IMG/VR virus record: IMGVR_UViG_3300026039_000012
Span: 1 to 61,170 of that record
DNA length: 61,170 nucleotides
Origin: a virus
Lineage: Duplodnaviria > Caudoviricetes
Direction: 5' to 3' (one strand)
Shown one piece after another: positions 17,558-27,455 of the stretch. Each line of letters opens with the position of its first letter. The stretch's first letter is position 1. The position numbers were made by a program, and so were the translations under genes. The notes under the pieces were generated by a model that searched no databases, was not told where the DNA came from, and saw only the letters and a program-made list of their open reading frames with translations.

Positions 17558-18286
17558 TTACGGGGCCGTCTCTTTCAGGTCTCGCATGAGGTCATGTCCG
17601 GCTTTAGTCAACTTGATCTTGTTAAGGTCCTTCCCTTCGTCAGTCGGCCAGAGGACGACCAGCCCCTGCTCTGACAGCGCCATAGCCGCTGCCCATGCCT
17701 CGGAGGACTCAGGGGAGAGCAGAGACGACCCCGCCCCACGGATGTAGTCGATCCAGAGATTCCAGAGCAGAGACCTCTCAGCTGAGGTGAAACCATCCTC
17801 CGACTCGGAGTCGCTGTTCTCCTCCGGGATACCCCCGGCCGACAAGAGAGCTGAGCCCTGGATCGTCAGAGTGGCCCGCACCCAGTTCTCCACCGGGCCG
17901 CTGTCCCAGGTCACAAGACCGAGAGCAGTCAGCGCCTTCAGGTGGTCCGTCGCCTCCTCCGTGATCGACCACGTCCGATGCCCCTCGCGTGCCCTGCTCT
18001 GAAGTGTCTCCAGGATGAGCCGCTGCTCCAGGGGGAGAGTGTCGACGTCGATCGTCTCTGGCGCCTCCTGAGGTTTCTCCTCCGTCTGAGACCGAATCTC
18101 AGTGATCCTGTCGGCAGCGGCCCGAACCACCTCCCCCGCGAACTCGCCCATGAGGTCTTCGAGATCTATTTTCAGTGTCGACAGCTTGGTGTTGATCAGC
18201 TCTCCGATCCTGAACGAAATCTCAGCCATCGATTTCCTGAGATCTCTCAGCTCTTGCTCCGAATCGAACACCGGATTCCCCGTCAT
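17558..18286 (-). CDS. Hypothetical protein with coiled coil and two winged-helix-like repeats
   Basis: Internal repeat: LKALTALGLVTW...ATLTIQGSALL and AMALSEQGLVVLW...IKLTKAGHDLM. Confidence 0.6.
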   Translation of the reverse strand: MTGNPVFDSEQELRDLRKSMAEISFRIGELINTKLSTLKIDLEDLMGEFAGEVVRAAADRITEIRSQTEEKPQEAPETIDVDTLPLEQRLILETLQSRAREGHRTWSITEEATDHLKALTALGLVTWDSGPVENWVRATLTIQGSALLSAGGIPEENSDSESEDGFTSAERSLLWNLWIDYIRGAGSSLLSPESSEAWAAAMALSEQGLVVLWPTDEGKDLNKIKLTKAGHDLMRDLKETAP

Positions 18287-18597
18287 TGGTCTGTTCCTCT
18301 CGTTTTCAGGTGGGTGAGTACAGCGGCCACGTGGTAGCAGCGGGAGTTACCTCCGCCGGACTTCTGGCCGTGAGCACACGAGCAGGAGACCCAGCGCTGC
18401 TCGGGTGCCTCGATGAGTGTCACGCGGTAGGCAGTCGTCTGCTCCGGCCGGAGGGACCCGACCCACCACACGTTCGGCGCTGTGGCGTCAGGAGTGACCA
18501 GGCAACGGGCCGAAGCCCTCCGAGCCTTGCCCAGTACCGAAGTACTGAACTCGGCCAGGAGGGCTTCAGCCCAGACCTGAGAGTCAGGCAGGGACAC
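18283..18597 (-). CDS. SWIM zinc-finger protein
   Basis: YRVTL...VSCSCAHG...CYHVAAV (CxC...CxH). Confidence 0.7.
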   Translation of the reverse strand: MSLPDSQVWAEALLAEFSTSVLGKARRASARCLVTPDATAPNVWWVGSLRPEQTTAYRVTLIEAPEQRWVSCSCAHGQKSGGGNSRCYHVAAVLTHLKTRGTDQ

Positions 18598-19594
18598 CGG
18601 CGATCTCCTTCACGAGTTTCGTTGCGGTACTGACCAGGTCGCTCCGGTCCAGGTAGGTCCGCTTGAACCTGCTCTCTGCCTGGTGTGCACGCCGACCGTG
18701 GTTCAGGTACTCCAGGCTGGCCTGCACCGTGCCCCACGCCGTGTCTTCGATCCCCTCGCACGTAGGGCTGGCGAGGAACCCGCGAACTGCGGCGCGTGCC
18801 TGCTCGACGTTGTTGGCCACGCGGTCGGAGCAGGTGCCAGGGGCCGGCATCGGGATGAACCGGGAGAGGAAGATCTCCCTGTCCGCCTCGTCGAACTTGA
18901 CCGTGACCAAGTGGTTGCCGAGTGTCTGATACGCGGAGATGCTGTCGCGCCATCCGGCGAGAGCCTTCTGGGCCTGCTCGATCCTGTCGTGCACGTTCTT
19001 CGTGTGAGAGAACGTGAACTCGGTGCCCCACTCCTTGGCGAACATGTCGGCCATCCGCGCCGTGTTGGCGCAGACGATCCTCTCGGCGAGAGCCTGCCCG
19101 CGGAAGCTGGCAGAGCCGTCGTGAGCGTTCTGGAGGGCGAAGAACGGGATCACAGACCCGTTCGGGTCGCCGATGATCTGGATGGGCTCGGCGAGACGCA
19201 GGAGCAGCCACACTCGGCACCCGCCGGCCAGACTTCCGGCCGTCTCGTACTTCACGGCGCCCTTGTCCACGCCCTGAATCGCCTCAGCGATGTCGTACAT
19301 GGTCGAGTTGTTCACCGTGACGTAGCCGGGGCTCACCGGACCGAGCTCGAACCCGTCGTCCGACCGGACGTTCAGCTTCGCGGTGTCGCTGATCTCGAAG
19401 CGCTCGACCAGGTTGCCGTTCTCGTCGATCTCGACCACCTTGCGGTAGAGATCCTCGGTGACCGGCTCCCACGGGTGGGCGATCGCCTGAGCCTCTTCGC
19501 GGGTGGGGTACTCGGGAAGAACAGTCCCGAGGCCGTGCCACATGGGCTCACGGTAAGCAAAGACTCCGTCGCGCTCGGTGATCTCGTGTGCCAT
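18584..19594 (-). CDS. DUF932 family phage/plasmid protein
   Basis: REPMWHGLG, LGPVSPGYVTVNN, YETAGSLAGG.RVW, NAHDGS, RIVCANT, HTKN and TAWG...EY motifs. Confidence 0.85.
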   Translation of the reverse strand: MAHEITERDGVFAYREPMWHGLGTVLPEYPTREEAQAIAHPWEPVTEDLYRKVVEIDENGNLVERFEISDTAKLNVRSDDGFELGPVSPGYVTVNNSTMYDIAEAIQGVDKGAVKYETAGSLAGGCRVWLLLRLAEPIQIIGDPNGSVIPFFALQNAHDGSASFRGQALAERIVCANTARMADMFAKEWGTEFTFSHTKNVHDRIEQAQKALAGWRDSISAYQTLGNHLVTVKFDEADREIFLSRFIPMPAPGTCSDRVANNVEQARAAVRGFLASPTCEGIEDTAWGTVQASLEYLNHGRRAHQAESRFKRTYLDRSDLVSTATKLVKEIAGVPA

Positions 19595-19630
19595 GGTGTG
19601 CTCCTTCGATCAGCGGGGTCGTTCCCCCTT

Positions 19631-19655
19631 GTGTATGTCTACTGTAACACACAAC
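19631..19655 (-). promoter_or_regulatory. Repeated promoter/operator, copy 2
   Basis: TGTAtgtctacTGTAACACAC upstream of the DUF932 gene. Confidence 0.75.
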
Positions 19656-19682
19656 GGGGAAATAATCCTCTCGCTAGAACTT

Positions 19683-20012
19683 TTATTCTGAGGAATTTTT
19701 CAGAGCCCGCTCGATCACGCTCAGCGCTTCGGTGTGAGACAGCACGACCTCGGCAGTACACCCGGCGTCCCTCAGCTGGACTATCTGCGTCAGCTGGAGT
19801 CTCGTCGCGCGGTTCCGCGCTGCCTGCTCTGACTCACCCGCCCGCCGGCACTTCACCTCCAGGCCGACGAGACGACCGTCCACGGCCACCAGAAGATCCG
19901 GAACTCCGCTCTCCTGCTGGGGACTTCCGACGACCTTGAACACCCAGGCCAGCGGGTACCTGTCGATGATCGCTCTCTTGATCCGGTTGACCAGAACGCT
20001 CTCGTTGCTCAC
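19683..20012 (-). CDS. VRR-NUC domain nuclease / Holliday junction resolvase
   Basis: ESVLVNRI...GVPDLL...LEVK...TRLQL; GTGA overlap start. Confidence 0.82.
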   Translation of the reverse strand: MSNESVLVNRIKRAIIDRYPLAWVFKVVGSPQQESGVPDLLVAVDGRLVGLEVKCRRAGESEQAARNRATRLQLTQIVQLRDAGCTAEVVLSHTEALSVIERALKNSSE

Positions 20013-20308
20013 GGCGTCTCGACCTTCCGAACGATGTGGAGACCTGACGACCACTCCGGTCCGCGCACCCCAGGTATTGCTCTGTGCTCCTCTACCCACG
20101 GCTCAATCTCGTACGTCCCCCCAGCCAACTCACTGAACTCGTCAGTCTCCAGGGCACCATCTGCCACGAACTGATCAACGTCACAGCCGTAACAGATAGC
20201 CGTGAACCCGTCCCCGTAGCTCACCAGCTCTTCCGGACATCCCTCGTGGATCACCTCCAGCTCTGTGAGTTCCCCGTCCTTGGTCACTTCCAGCAGGTGC
20301 CGTCCCAT
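20009..20308 (-). CDS. Hypothetical protein
   Basis: ATG after a purine-rich RBS; coupled to the downstream gene. Confidence 0.6.
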   Translation of the reverse strand: MGRHLLEVTKDGELTELEVIHEGCPEELVSYGDGFTAICYGCDVDQFVADGALETDEFSELAGGTYEIEPWVEEHRAIPGVRGPEWSSGLHIVRKVETP

Positions 20309-20332
20309 CTCTCCCTCTCCTCTTGCTGAATA

Positions 20333-20371
20333 CAGAAACCGGCCAGAGGCCGAAGCCCCTGACCGGCTCTG
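20333..20371 (-). terminator. Stem-loop with cUUCGg loop after the SSB gene
   Basis: Minus strand CAGAGCCGGTCAGGGGC-TTCG-GCCTCTGGCCGGTTTCTG. Confidence 0.6.
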
Positions 20372-20465
20372 AGATGGGCGACCCGGGTCAGTCATTACTC
20401 GCCACGGCCAACCAGCCGCCGTGCTGACCCAGGTTCTTACCTCGCTGTCCGGCCCGTCAGACGAA

Positions 20466-21014
20466 CTACAGATCCACCATGGCTACGTCCAGCGGACCAG
20501 GAGTAGCCTCGATGGCCGCCAGGGTCTCTGCCTCGCTCATCCCGGCAGCACTCTCCTCCTGGAACGCAGCGCTCACCTGAGAGGGAGCAGTGACCAGGTC
20601 GTCCAGGTCCTTCTCCGGCTGAGCGGACGACGCGACCAGCTTGAGGTATCCGCGCACCTCACTCTTGATCTTGCCCCTGAACGGCTCACCGTCGTCAGCG
20701 TCAATCTCCAGACGCTTGCCAACCCAGGAGTTGATATCGAACTCCAGACGCTGCCGAGGGGTCTTGATCCCAAGAGCCTGGAGGAACTCGACCACCCTCC
20801 ACAGCGACTTCTCCGACAGGATGAGCCGGTCAGCGATCGTCGCTCCGTCGAACTCCCCGCCGATCACTCGGAACAAGACGATGATCATTGGATTCCCCTT
20901 GGCGGAATTACCGTCGTCACGCACGTAGTCGACAGCGACCAAGTACCGCCCTGGATTCACTCGATCTCCGAAGTTGTTCCGGTAGTTCCGAAGGTCAATT
21001 GTGATGCGCGCCAT
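20466..21014 (-). CDS. ssDNA-binding protein (DUF669-like)
   Basis: PGRYLVAV...SAKGNPMI...SLWRVVEFLQALG...VGKRLEI with an acidic tail; follows the AAA ATPase. Confidence 0.7.
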   Translation of the reverse strand: MARITIDLRNYRNNFGDRVNPGRYLVAVDYVRDDGNSAKGNPMIIVLFRVIGGEFDGATIADRLILSEKSLWRVVEFLQALGIKTPRQRLEFDINSWVGKRLEIDADDGEPFRGKIKSEVRGYLKLVASSAQPEKDLDDLVTAPSQVSAAFQEESAAGMSEAETLAAIEATPGPLDVAMVDL

Positions 21015-21916
21015 CAGGCGTTCTCCTCTGCTGAATCAGTCGAGTTGAGTGGGTTGATCGGTTCGGTTGTCGGTGCCGGAGCAGTAGGCAGCGCAGGGAT
21101 TCCCCCGACTCCCAGAACACGCCCGAGGGTGGTGAGATCCGTCGCCTTCCCGCTCCGCCCGAGGACGGTGGGAAGCTTCCCCTGAAGGAGGTACGGAATC
21201 CGTCCCTTTGTCCGGTACCCACCGCCGGGACCTATCCGAGCTGTGTAGAGCACCCCGTCCTCTACCTCGGGGTTGTCCTCCACCTGGGTGTAGACGACGT
21301 AGTCAGGGGAGGCAAGGGAAGCCGAGACAGCCCCCTTCTGGACATCCGGAAGACGCTCGACGATGCCCTCCACCTCGTTCTCGATCGTCTTCACCTGGGC
21401 GGTGAGAACGACGTGCATCGGCCTGTTGCGCGAAGCGTCAGCCAGTCCGCACCAGTACCCGCAGATGTCATTCATGATCTCCAGGGATTGGCCCCAGACC
21501 CGCATGTCCGGAGGGGCCACTCCTCGCTTGATCTCTCTGACCACGGTCTCGTCGTAGTTCTGGAGGAACCGCATCGCGAGCTTCTGTGCCGACGTGAGGC
21601 TGTCGAGAACCACAGCCTTGAACTCGTGATCACCCTTGGCCAGATACCAGTACAGGTCGTCAAGATCAGTCACAGACTCCGGCCGATAAACAACGATGTT
21701 GTCAGCCCAAGGCGCGCCCTGGAAAGACCGAACACCCTTCTCTCCGGGGAGGTCGACATACAACGTCTTCCCAACATTGGCCATGGTCGATGCGAGGAAC
21801 GTCTTTCCAGTTCCCTGATACCCGTAGATCAACATCGACGTGTAGTCAGAACCCAGCTCGTCGAGCGTCTTGAACGCTGTGCTGAAGTCAGTCACCTTCA
21901 GCCTCCGAGCACTCAC
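21014..21916 (-). CDS. AAA_24/Sak4-like ATPase (recombination)
   Basis: LIYGYQGTGKTFLA Walker A, VVLDSLT Walker B. Confidence 0.82.
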   Translation of the reverse strand: MSARRLKVTDFSTAFKTLDELGSDYTSMLIYGYQGTGKTFLASTMANVGKTLYVDLPGEKGVRSFQGAPWADNIVVYRPESVTDLDDLYWYLAKGDHEFKAVVLDSLTSAQKLAMRFLQNYDETVVREIKRGVAPPDMRVWGQSLEIMNDICGYWCGLADASRNRPMHVVLTAQVKTIENEVEGIVERLPDVQKGAVSASLASPDYVVYTQVEDNPEVEDGVLYTARIGPGGGYRTKGRIPYLLQGKLPTVLGRSGKATDLTTLGRVLGVGGIPALPTAPAPTTEPINPLNSTDSAEENA

Positions 21917-22184
21917 TGGTCACACGCTCGCCTGCCTGCTTCCGCGCGATGACCTCTGACCGCTTGATCTCCGTCAGGCCCCACCTGCTGACTCCGGCGT
22001 CATCTGCCGTCCGGTACTGGTGACTCCACATCCGGCCGAACAGCTCGTGCATGAGGGTCCGAGCCTCCGGGCTGGTGCCGTACAACGTGATGTACCGCTG
22101 ACCGAGGGACTCACCCCCCAGTGCATGCCCCGAGCCGAACGTGAAGAACCACGTCCGGACTTCCGGGGATCTCTTCTCTGTCAC
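21888..22184 (-). CDS. Hypothetical protein
   Basis: WFFTFGSGH...ARTLMHELFGRMWSHQY; first gene after promoter copy 3. Confidence 0.6.
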   Translation of the reverse strand: MTEKRSPEVRTWFFTFGSGHALGGESLGQRYITLYGTSPEARTLMHELFGRMWSHQYRTADDAGVSRWGLTEIKRSEVIARKQAGERVTSECSEAEGD

Positions 22185-22218
22185 ATCACTACCTTTCGTC
22201 GGGATCTTGCTCCCTGTT

Positions 22219-22252
22219 GTGTAGACCTAGTGTAGCACAGTACGACTACATA
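22219..22252 (-). promoter_or_regulatory. Repeated promoter/operator, copy 3 (full palindrome)
   Basis: TGTAgacctagTGTAGCACAgtacgacTACA. Confidence 0.75.
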
Positions 22253-23485
22253 TCAGCTCTCAGCGCGCTTCTGGAGACGCAACGACGCGAGGTCGTAATC
22301 CCCGCCCGGACCACCGGTGAGCTGGGCCTGACACAAGCCGGAGTAGTCGCACCAGGTGCAGTGAGGCGCGAACAGACGTGATGCGAACCCGTCCCGGGCG
22401 TACTGCGCTCGCGTACGCGAGATGTCCGCCGCCGTCACAGCAGCGCTCATCAGGTGGGCTCTCATCGCATGCCGACTGACCGGCGTCAGCGTTCTGTGGC
22501 ACCAGCCGGCCCACACCGCAGGGGTGTCGAGCCGAGCCAGAACGGCCTCGTCCAGCGTGTAGATGCCGGAGGCAGAGCCGTCCTTCTTCCGACCGGCGAA
22601 CGGCTGACCGTCCCCGACCCATGCCCGGTACGTGATCGCGTCGTAGTCCGTGACCGACTTCGAGAGAGTGCCTGCCTGTGTCAGGACAGGAGTGGACGGC
22701 GCAGTCATCCGCACACGGTCGTACGCCGTGGCCTGCACCTGACCGATTCCCCACTGTTCGAGAGTCGGTGTCAGGCCCCAGACGTAGAGCTGGAGCTGGG
22801 AGTCGAGCAGCTCGTCAGACTTCGTGATCCTGCCCAGTTTCTTGTGGGACTTGTGATCACGGGCGACCACGATCCCGCGCTTAGTGTCGCGAACGACCTC
22901 GTCTGTGATCCCGACCAGGACGTATCGCGTGTTGGTGGACTGATCCACCCACAGCTCACGCTCCCAGTGGACTTCGACAGCGATCGGCTCCTCGAACTGG
23001 AGATCCATCTGGTGGACGTAACCCCATCGGAGGTTCATCGTCTGAATCCGGGTCACCGGGTCTTCGCCGAGACGCTCGACCCAGACGGCCCGAATCCCAA
23101 GAGGCTGATGACTCCACCACTCGGCCAGGAGAGCGATCACCTTGTCTGGTGTGTCGACGCGGGCCCACGAAACCTTCCCCTCAGCGTTGACGGGGAGAGA
23201 AACCTCCGGCGGAACGTACTTGAGCGAACCCTTCGCAAGACCTCTGACCGCCGAGTCCGCTGCTCGCAGCGCATGCCACCACGAGCCGAACTCCCTCTCA
23301 ACGGGGACGTCGTCCTCCGACACCAGAGACTCCAGGCGGTCGACGCGCTTGAACGCCCACTTCTGCGGACACGTCCTGTGCTGGACCAGGCCCGAGTAGC
23401 TGACGTAGACAGTCGTCGGAGACTCAGGCGTGGGCAGAGTCCCCACCGTCTCCGGAGCACTCCCCATATCCACGGTGTCTGTCAT
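22253..23485 (-). CDS. Cas4/RecB-like PD-(D/E)XK exonuclease
   Basis: VSYS...TCPQKW, FGSWWH, GITDEV...DHKS, QLQLY and C-terminal CTWCDYSGLC Fe-S cysteines. Confidence 0.82.
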   Translation of the reverse strand: MTDTVDMGSAPETVGTLPTPESPTTVYVSYSGLVQHRTCPQKWAFKRVDRLESLVSEDDVPVEREFGSWWHALRAADSAVRGLAKGSLKYVPPEVSLPVNAEGKVSWARVDTPDKVIALLAEWWSHQPLGIRAVWVERLGEDPVTRIQTMNLRWGYVHQMDLQFEEPIAVEVHWERELWVDQSTNTRYVLVGITDEVVRDTKRGIVVARDHKSHKKLGRITKSDELLDSQLQLYVWGLTPTLEQWGIGQVQATAYDRVRMTAPSTPVLTQAGTLSKSVTDYDAITYRAWVGDGQPFAGRKKDGSASGIYTLDEAVLARLDTPAVWAGWCHRTLTPVSRHAMRAHLMSAAVTAADISRTRAQYARDGFASRLFAPHCTWCDYSGLCQAQLTGGPGGDYDLASLRLQKRAES

Positions 23486-25113
23486 GTCCGATAACTCCTC
23501 ACATGGTTGAGCATCGCGGTTTCGAGCGAACCGCGTTGCTGGTGTGTTGTCATGACGACCTCGTCCACCGTGCCGGGGGCGACGGTGTACCAGAACGTCA
23601 CAGGCTTGGTCTGCCCCAGACGGTTGAGCCGATCCCTGGCCTGCACCAGGTCGTCCCTCTGCTGGGGAAGCGTGGCGAATACTGCGTGGCTGGCTGTGAC
23701 CAGCTCGTTGACGGCCAGGGACATCGTCCTGATCTGGCAGACCATGACGAGTCGAGCAGGATCGTCGGACTTGAATCTCTTCCGCATGGCCATGCGATCC
23801 TCGACCGACGTGTCTCCGGTGATGACCTGTACCTCTGTCCCCTTGGCCGTCAGCGCTGACGCGATGGCCCTGATCTCCTCCCGGAACAGAGCGAAGACGA
23901 CGACGCGCGTCTCGTCAGCCAGCGTGTCCTGGACCAGGGACTTGATCACCTGGACCTTCGAGGACTTGACCATCCCCGAGCCCTGTCCGATCGCCCCAGC
24001 CGTGATCTGCCTGAGCCGCATCATCTGCGCCAGCTGACCCTTGGCGACGACCTGAGACGTTCCCAGCTGGGCGATCATCGTCTTGACCATGTCGCCGTAG
24101 GCCTGTTGCTCAGGTCCCGAGAGCGTCACCGGGACGATGACGTCTGTGGTCTTCGGAAGGTCCAGGGCGTCGGCCTTACGGACGACTGACGCCCGTTCCG
24201 ACATGACCTCCTGCATTTCCTCGAGTCGACGAAACCCGACGACCTGTTTCCCCATCCAGCCGCCCATCTTGGCGTAGCGGTCCTGGAACATCTGGAAGCT
24301 CAGCGGGTGGAACGTCCCATCCCGAAGCCTGATCGCGAAGGCTGTCGGATCGAGGAACCGCCACTGCGCCCAGACGTCGAGCGGCGAGTGGGGCATCACC
24401 GTCCCGGTGAGGATGATCCGGCGAGGCACCTTCCGGCCGATCCGGGCCATAACTCGGGACACGTTCGACGAGACACCCTTGATCCGGTGAACCTCATCGA
24501 CGATGACCACCTCGGGGTCGAAGCGAGTCACAGCGTCCAGGAGGACGTCAGCCATCGTCCGAGAGCCGACTGCCACCCGGGAGGAGAACGTGTCGAGGTT
24601 CAGCACCTCGACCACTAGGCGTGGATGCTTCTCGTCAGCAGGGACCACAAGATCGTGGGTGTACGACAGTGCTCTGGTTTTCTCGAGGTGCAGAGTCCGA
24701 GGTGCTCCGGAGGATGTCCGGGCTCTCCCGGCTCGACTGCCTGCCTTGCTGCCTCCGAGAGAGCGAGCGAACGGCTTCCCCCCACGAGCAGCCAGCGCCT
24801 CAGCGCGGTGAAGGAGAGTCCCCCCGAGAGCCTCAGCCCAGAATCCGATCTGCGGGGAGGCCCACTTGGGCATCTGACTCACCCAGGTGTCGACGGCTGC
24901 CAGAGGACAGGCAACCAGGACGCGCGTCTCCGGCTGAGCCTTCCGAGCACGCACGAGCGTGAGCACCCCAAGAAAGTCAATCGTGGCCGCTGTCTTGCCC
25001 GTACCGGGCTCCCAGAGCAGCGCTGACGTCCCGCCGGTTCTGATCATGTGACGCAGGCCGTCTTCCTGGTGCTTGAACCTCGGAGGCCCCCCAGGTACGA
25101 AAGTGCTCACCAC
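23482..25113 (-). CDS. SNF2-family DNA helicase
   Basis: WEPGTGKT, IVDEVHRIK, LTGT, MRLRQI, VVVFALF and QARDRLNRLGQ motifs. Confidence 0.88.
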   Translation of the reverse strand: MVSTFVPGGPPRFKHQEDGLRHMIRTGGTSALLWEPGTGKTAATIDFLGVLTLVRARKAQPETRVLVACPLAAVDTWVSQMPKWASPQIGFWAEALGGTLLHRAEALAARGGKPFARSLGGSKAGSRAGRARTSSGAPRTLHLEKTRALSYTHDLVVPADEKHPRLVVEVLNLDTFSSRVAVGSRTMADVLLDAVTRFDPEVVIVDEVHRIKGVSSNVSRVMARIGRKVPRRIILTGTVMPHSPLDVWAQWRFLDPTAFAIRLRDGTFHPLSFQMFQDRYAKMGGWMGKQVVGFRRLEEMQEVMSERASVVRKADALDLPKTTDVIVPVTLSGPEQQAYGDMVKTMIAQLGTSQVVAKGQLAQMMRLRQITAGAIGQGSGMVKSSKVQVIKSLVQDTLADETRVVVFALFREEIRAIASALTAKGTEVQVITGDTSVEDRMAMRKRFKSDDPARLVMVCQIRTMSLAVNELVTASHAVFATLPQQRDDLVQARDRLNRLGQTKPVTFWYTVAPGTVDEVVMTTHQQRGSLETAMLNHVRSYRT

Positions 25114-25128
25114 CGCTCCCCTTCCCAG

Positions 25129-25162
25129 TATGTAAGCTTAGTGTAACACATAACTTGACTAC
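25129..25162 (-). promoter_or_regulatory. Repeated promoter/operator, copy 4
   Basis: TGTAagcttagTGTAACACAT upstream of the helicase. Confidence 0.72.
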
Positions 25163-27324
25163 GGCAGTCCGTAGGGAAGCGCAATCGGGGCAGCCTCGTT
25201 AGCCAGCGAGTAGTAGAGCTTGGTCGACCTGTCACCTGCCCGCTTCTCCCGAGTCATGACGAGCGTCCCGTCAGCCGTCAGCGTCGACAGCACAGTGTTG
25301 AGGTCCGACGACGAGAGCGGGACATGATCAGACAGGTCCGTCTTGCTCCAGCTGTGACCTCGGAGAGTCTGAACGACCGTCAAGGCCTTGGCAGCCTCTT
25401 CAGCCTCCGGAGACGGGGGCTCTGACGGCCGGAGAAGCTCAGCGCGGACGTGCTCACCTGTCCCGTCGATGAGCAGCTCAGCGATCCGCTGAATACGTCC
25501 TGAGCCTGCGTCTGACATGGCGTGCTGCCGGACTGCCCCACCCCGGTCCTTCCCGACCTTCAGCAGAACACGACCGACCCGCCCACGCCCGAGAGGCTGA
25601 AGGATCTCCGCGATGTATGCGGCCCCGGTGATACCCGAGAGCTTCCGCTCGGCACCGATCGCGAACCGACCCTCTGACCCCTTCGCGACGTGATCGAGCA
25701 TGACCACGGCTGCCCCAGTGACCTCGGCGAGGCGCTTCGGGAACCGGTTGATCCACGCGCTGACGTAGTCGTTGTCGTTGATCGAGCGCTGGCCTGGGGA
25801 ATCCTTCGGCATCCACGTCTGAACGGCGTCAGTGACACCGTCGATGACGATCAACCGGTACCGCGTCGTCAGAAGATCTCGCATCATGATGCTGCTCGGA
25901 GCTGACTCGGGACGTCGGTAGTCCAGGTGCTCGATCACCAGATCTGCCGGAACCCCGAGGTCGAGCACAAGCCGCGTGAGAACGTCCTGCTCGTCGGAGT
26001 CGGTGTCCAGGTAGAGAACCGGCTGCCCCTCACGGAGCAGCCGAGCCACCTCGATCTGAGCCACCCAGGATTTCCCGGACTCCGACTCACCGTTGATCGC
26101 GTGAGTCTTCCCGGGGTAGAGGAGACAGACCCCGTCGTCCCTCGGGAGCATCGTCGGCTGAGGCCGTGAGAGCCCGCCGGCCAACGCCCCGTGAAGGTCG
26201 ATGGGATGCCACGACGATCGGCTCTCAGCAGGCTGTTCCTCGCCATCAACAGATGCATCTCCGTCAGCGCTGACCTCCCCCTGGACGTCATCCTCATCGT
26301 CGTCCTGGTCCTCGTCGTCCTCGACCATCTCAGCCACCCAGTCAGCCATCCCCGCGCGAAGACCTGAGCTGACGGTGCGCTCGAACTCTCGGGACGGTAG
26401 GTCACAGATGGCCCGGAGACGCTCGACGGCCTCGTCCCAGGTCCAGAAGTCTCCGACGAAGTGCCCCATGATCGCTGACGCAGCGTTCAGTCGTGGATGC
26501 CGTGTGCCCTTCGGCGCGTGCTCCAACTCGGAGAGCTTCGATGCCACGAAGGTCTCTGCCTGCTCCATCGTGAAGCGGCGAGCCCGGTCTGGGTCTACCT
26601 CTGACCGGGGCCCAGGACCATCGACAGCGCTGACGGCAGGCTGCTCGACGATCACCGCGCCGAGCTGCTTGACGAGAAGCTCCGGCTCCCAGGTCCCAGC
26701 GTCCTCCGGACGGATCAGCCACGAAACGGCCTGAGCACCTGGCTTGAGATTCTGCGTCCCACACGGACGCAACACGTCGTTGTCGTGCACCTTGCTGGAG
26801 TCCCACCCGGCAGCCTCTCCACCGAGGTAGGCGCCCAGGGCGACGCAGAGCGCCGTGTGTGTTGCAGCGTCGACCGACTCCGACAGACGGACGTAGACGT
26901 GACCACGCGGCTCTCCGTCCGCGGTCAGGGATCCACTCGCGACAGCGAAACCGCCGAGAGCCCTGACAGCTCCGAGATTGACGGCACCGTCCATGTCCGC
27001 GTGCACGAACAGGCGGTGGGAGGCATTGCCCTTGAGTCGACGTCCTCCGGACGCAGATGGATAGGGGCAACAGAAGACATTGAACTCGGAGGATGCCTGC
27101 ACCACAGAGTCAGCAAGACTCTCCAGCCACTCGGGATCGTTGTCGAAGATCCCTTGGTGCATCGGCAGAAGCTCGTCCCAGTCGTCCCGACCCTGACACA
27201 AGGTCAGGTGGATGTACGGCCTCGGGATCTGCGGATGAACGAAGAATGTCTCCAGCCACTCTGTGGCCAGATCGACGGGCGTCCCAGTGCGCACCGTGTG
27301 AGCCCCTTCCCGTGGGGACGCCAC
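25159..27324 (-). CDS. Primase-helicase: N-terminal RepB-like AEP primase plus AAA_25/RecA-like helicase
   Basis: HADMDG, SGS...RGHVYVRL and VLRPCGTQNLK primase motifs; GTRH..LN PriCT-like region; GESESGKSW Walker A, IVIDGV Walker B, LDHVAK. Confidence 0.85.
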   Translation of the reverse strand: MASPREGAHTVRTGTPVDLATEWLETFFVHPQIPRPYIHLTLCQGRDDWDELLPMHQGIFDNDPEWLESLADSVVQASSEFNVFCCPYPSASGGRRLKGNASHRLFVHADMDGAVNLGAVRALGGFAVASGSLTADGEPRGHVYVRLSESVDAATHTALCVALGAYLGGEAAGWDSSKVHDNDVLRPCGTQNLKPGAQAVSWLIRPEDAGTWEPELLVKQLGAVIVEQPAVSAVDGPGPRSEVDPDRARRFTMEQAETFVASKLSELEHAPKGTRHPRLNAASAIMGHFVGDFWTWDEAVERLRAICDLPSREFERTVSSGLRAGMADWVAEMVEDDEDQDDDEDDVQGEVSADGDASVDGEEQPAESRSSWHPIDLHGALAGGLSRPQPTMLPRDDGVCLLYPGKTHAINGESESGKSWVAQIEVARLLREGQPVLYLDTDSDEQDVLTRLVLDLGVPADLVIEHLDYRRPESAPSSIMMRDLLTTRYRLIVIDGVTDAVQTWMPKDSPGQRSINDNDYVSAWINRFPKRLAEVTGAAVVMLDHVAKGSEGRFAIGAERKLSGITGAAYIAEILQPLGRGRVGRVLLKVGKDRGGAVRQHAMSDAGSGRIQRIAELLIDGTGEHVRAELLRPSEPPSPEAEEAAKALTVVQTLRGHSWSKTDLSDHVPLSSSDLNTVLSTLTADGTLVMTREKRAGDRSTKLYYSLANEAAPIALPYGLP

Positions 27325-27374
27325 ATAACCAGGCCACTGTTATCCTGGTTTAGCTGACGACGTCCTGTATCTCT

Positions 27375-27404
27375 AAGACCCCCGATCTGGCAATCGGGGG
27401 TCTT
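27375..27404. terminator. Intrinsic terminator hairpin after the RHH gene
   Basis: AAGACCCCCGAT / ATCGGGGGTCTT inverted repeat. Confidence 0.7.
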
Positions 27405-27455
27405 TCCGGTTGTCAGGTGCCTGTTCTCTGAATCAACTTCCCCAGCAATGCGGAA

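Noticed and set aside
22253-23485. CRISPR-Cas system suggested by the Cas4-like gene and the recurring TGTAACAC motif
   Set aside because: No cas1/cas2 or effector genes. The motif copies are dispersed singly before genes, not arrayed with spacers. Solo Cas4-like exonucleases are normal in phage recombination modules.
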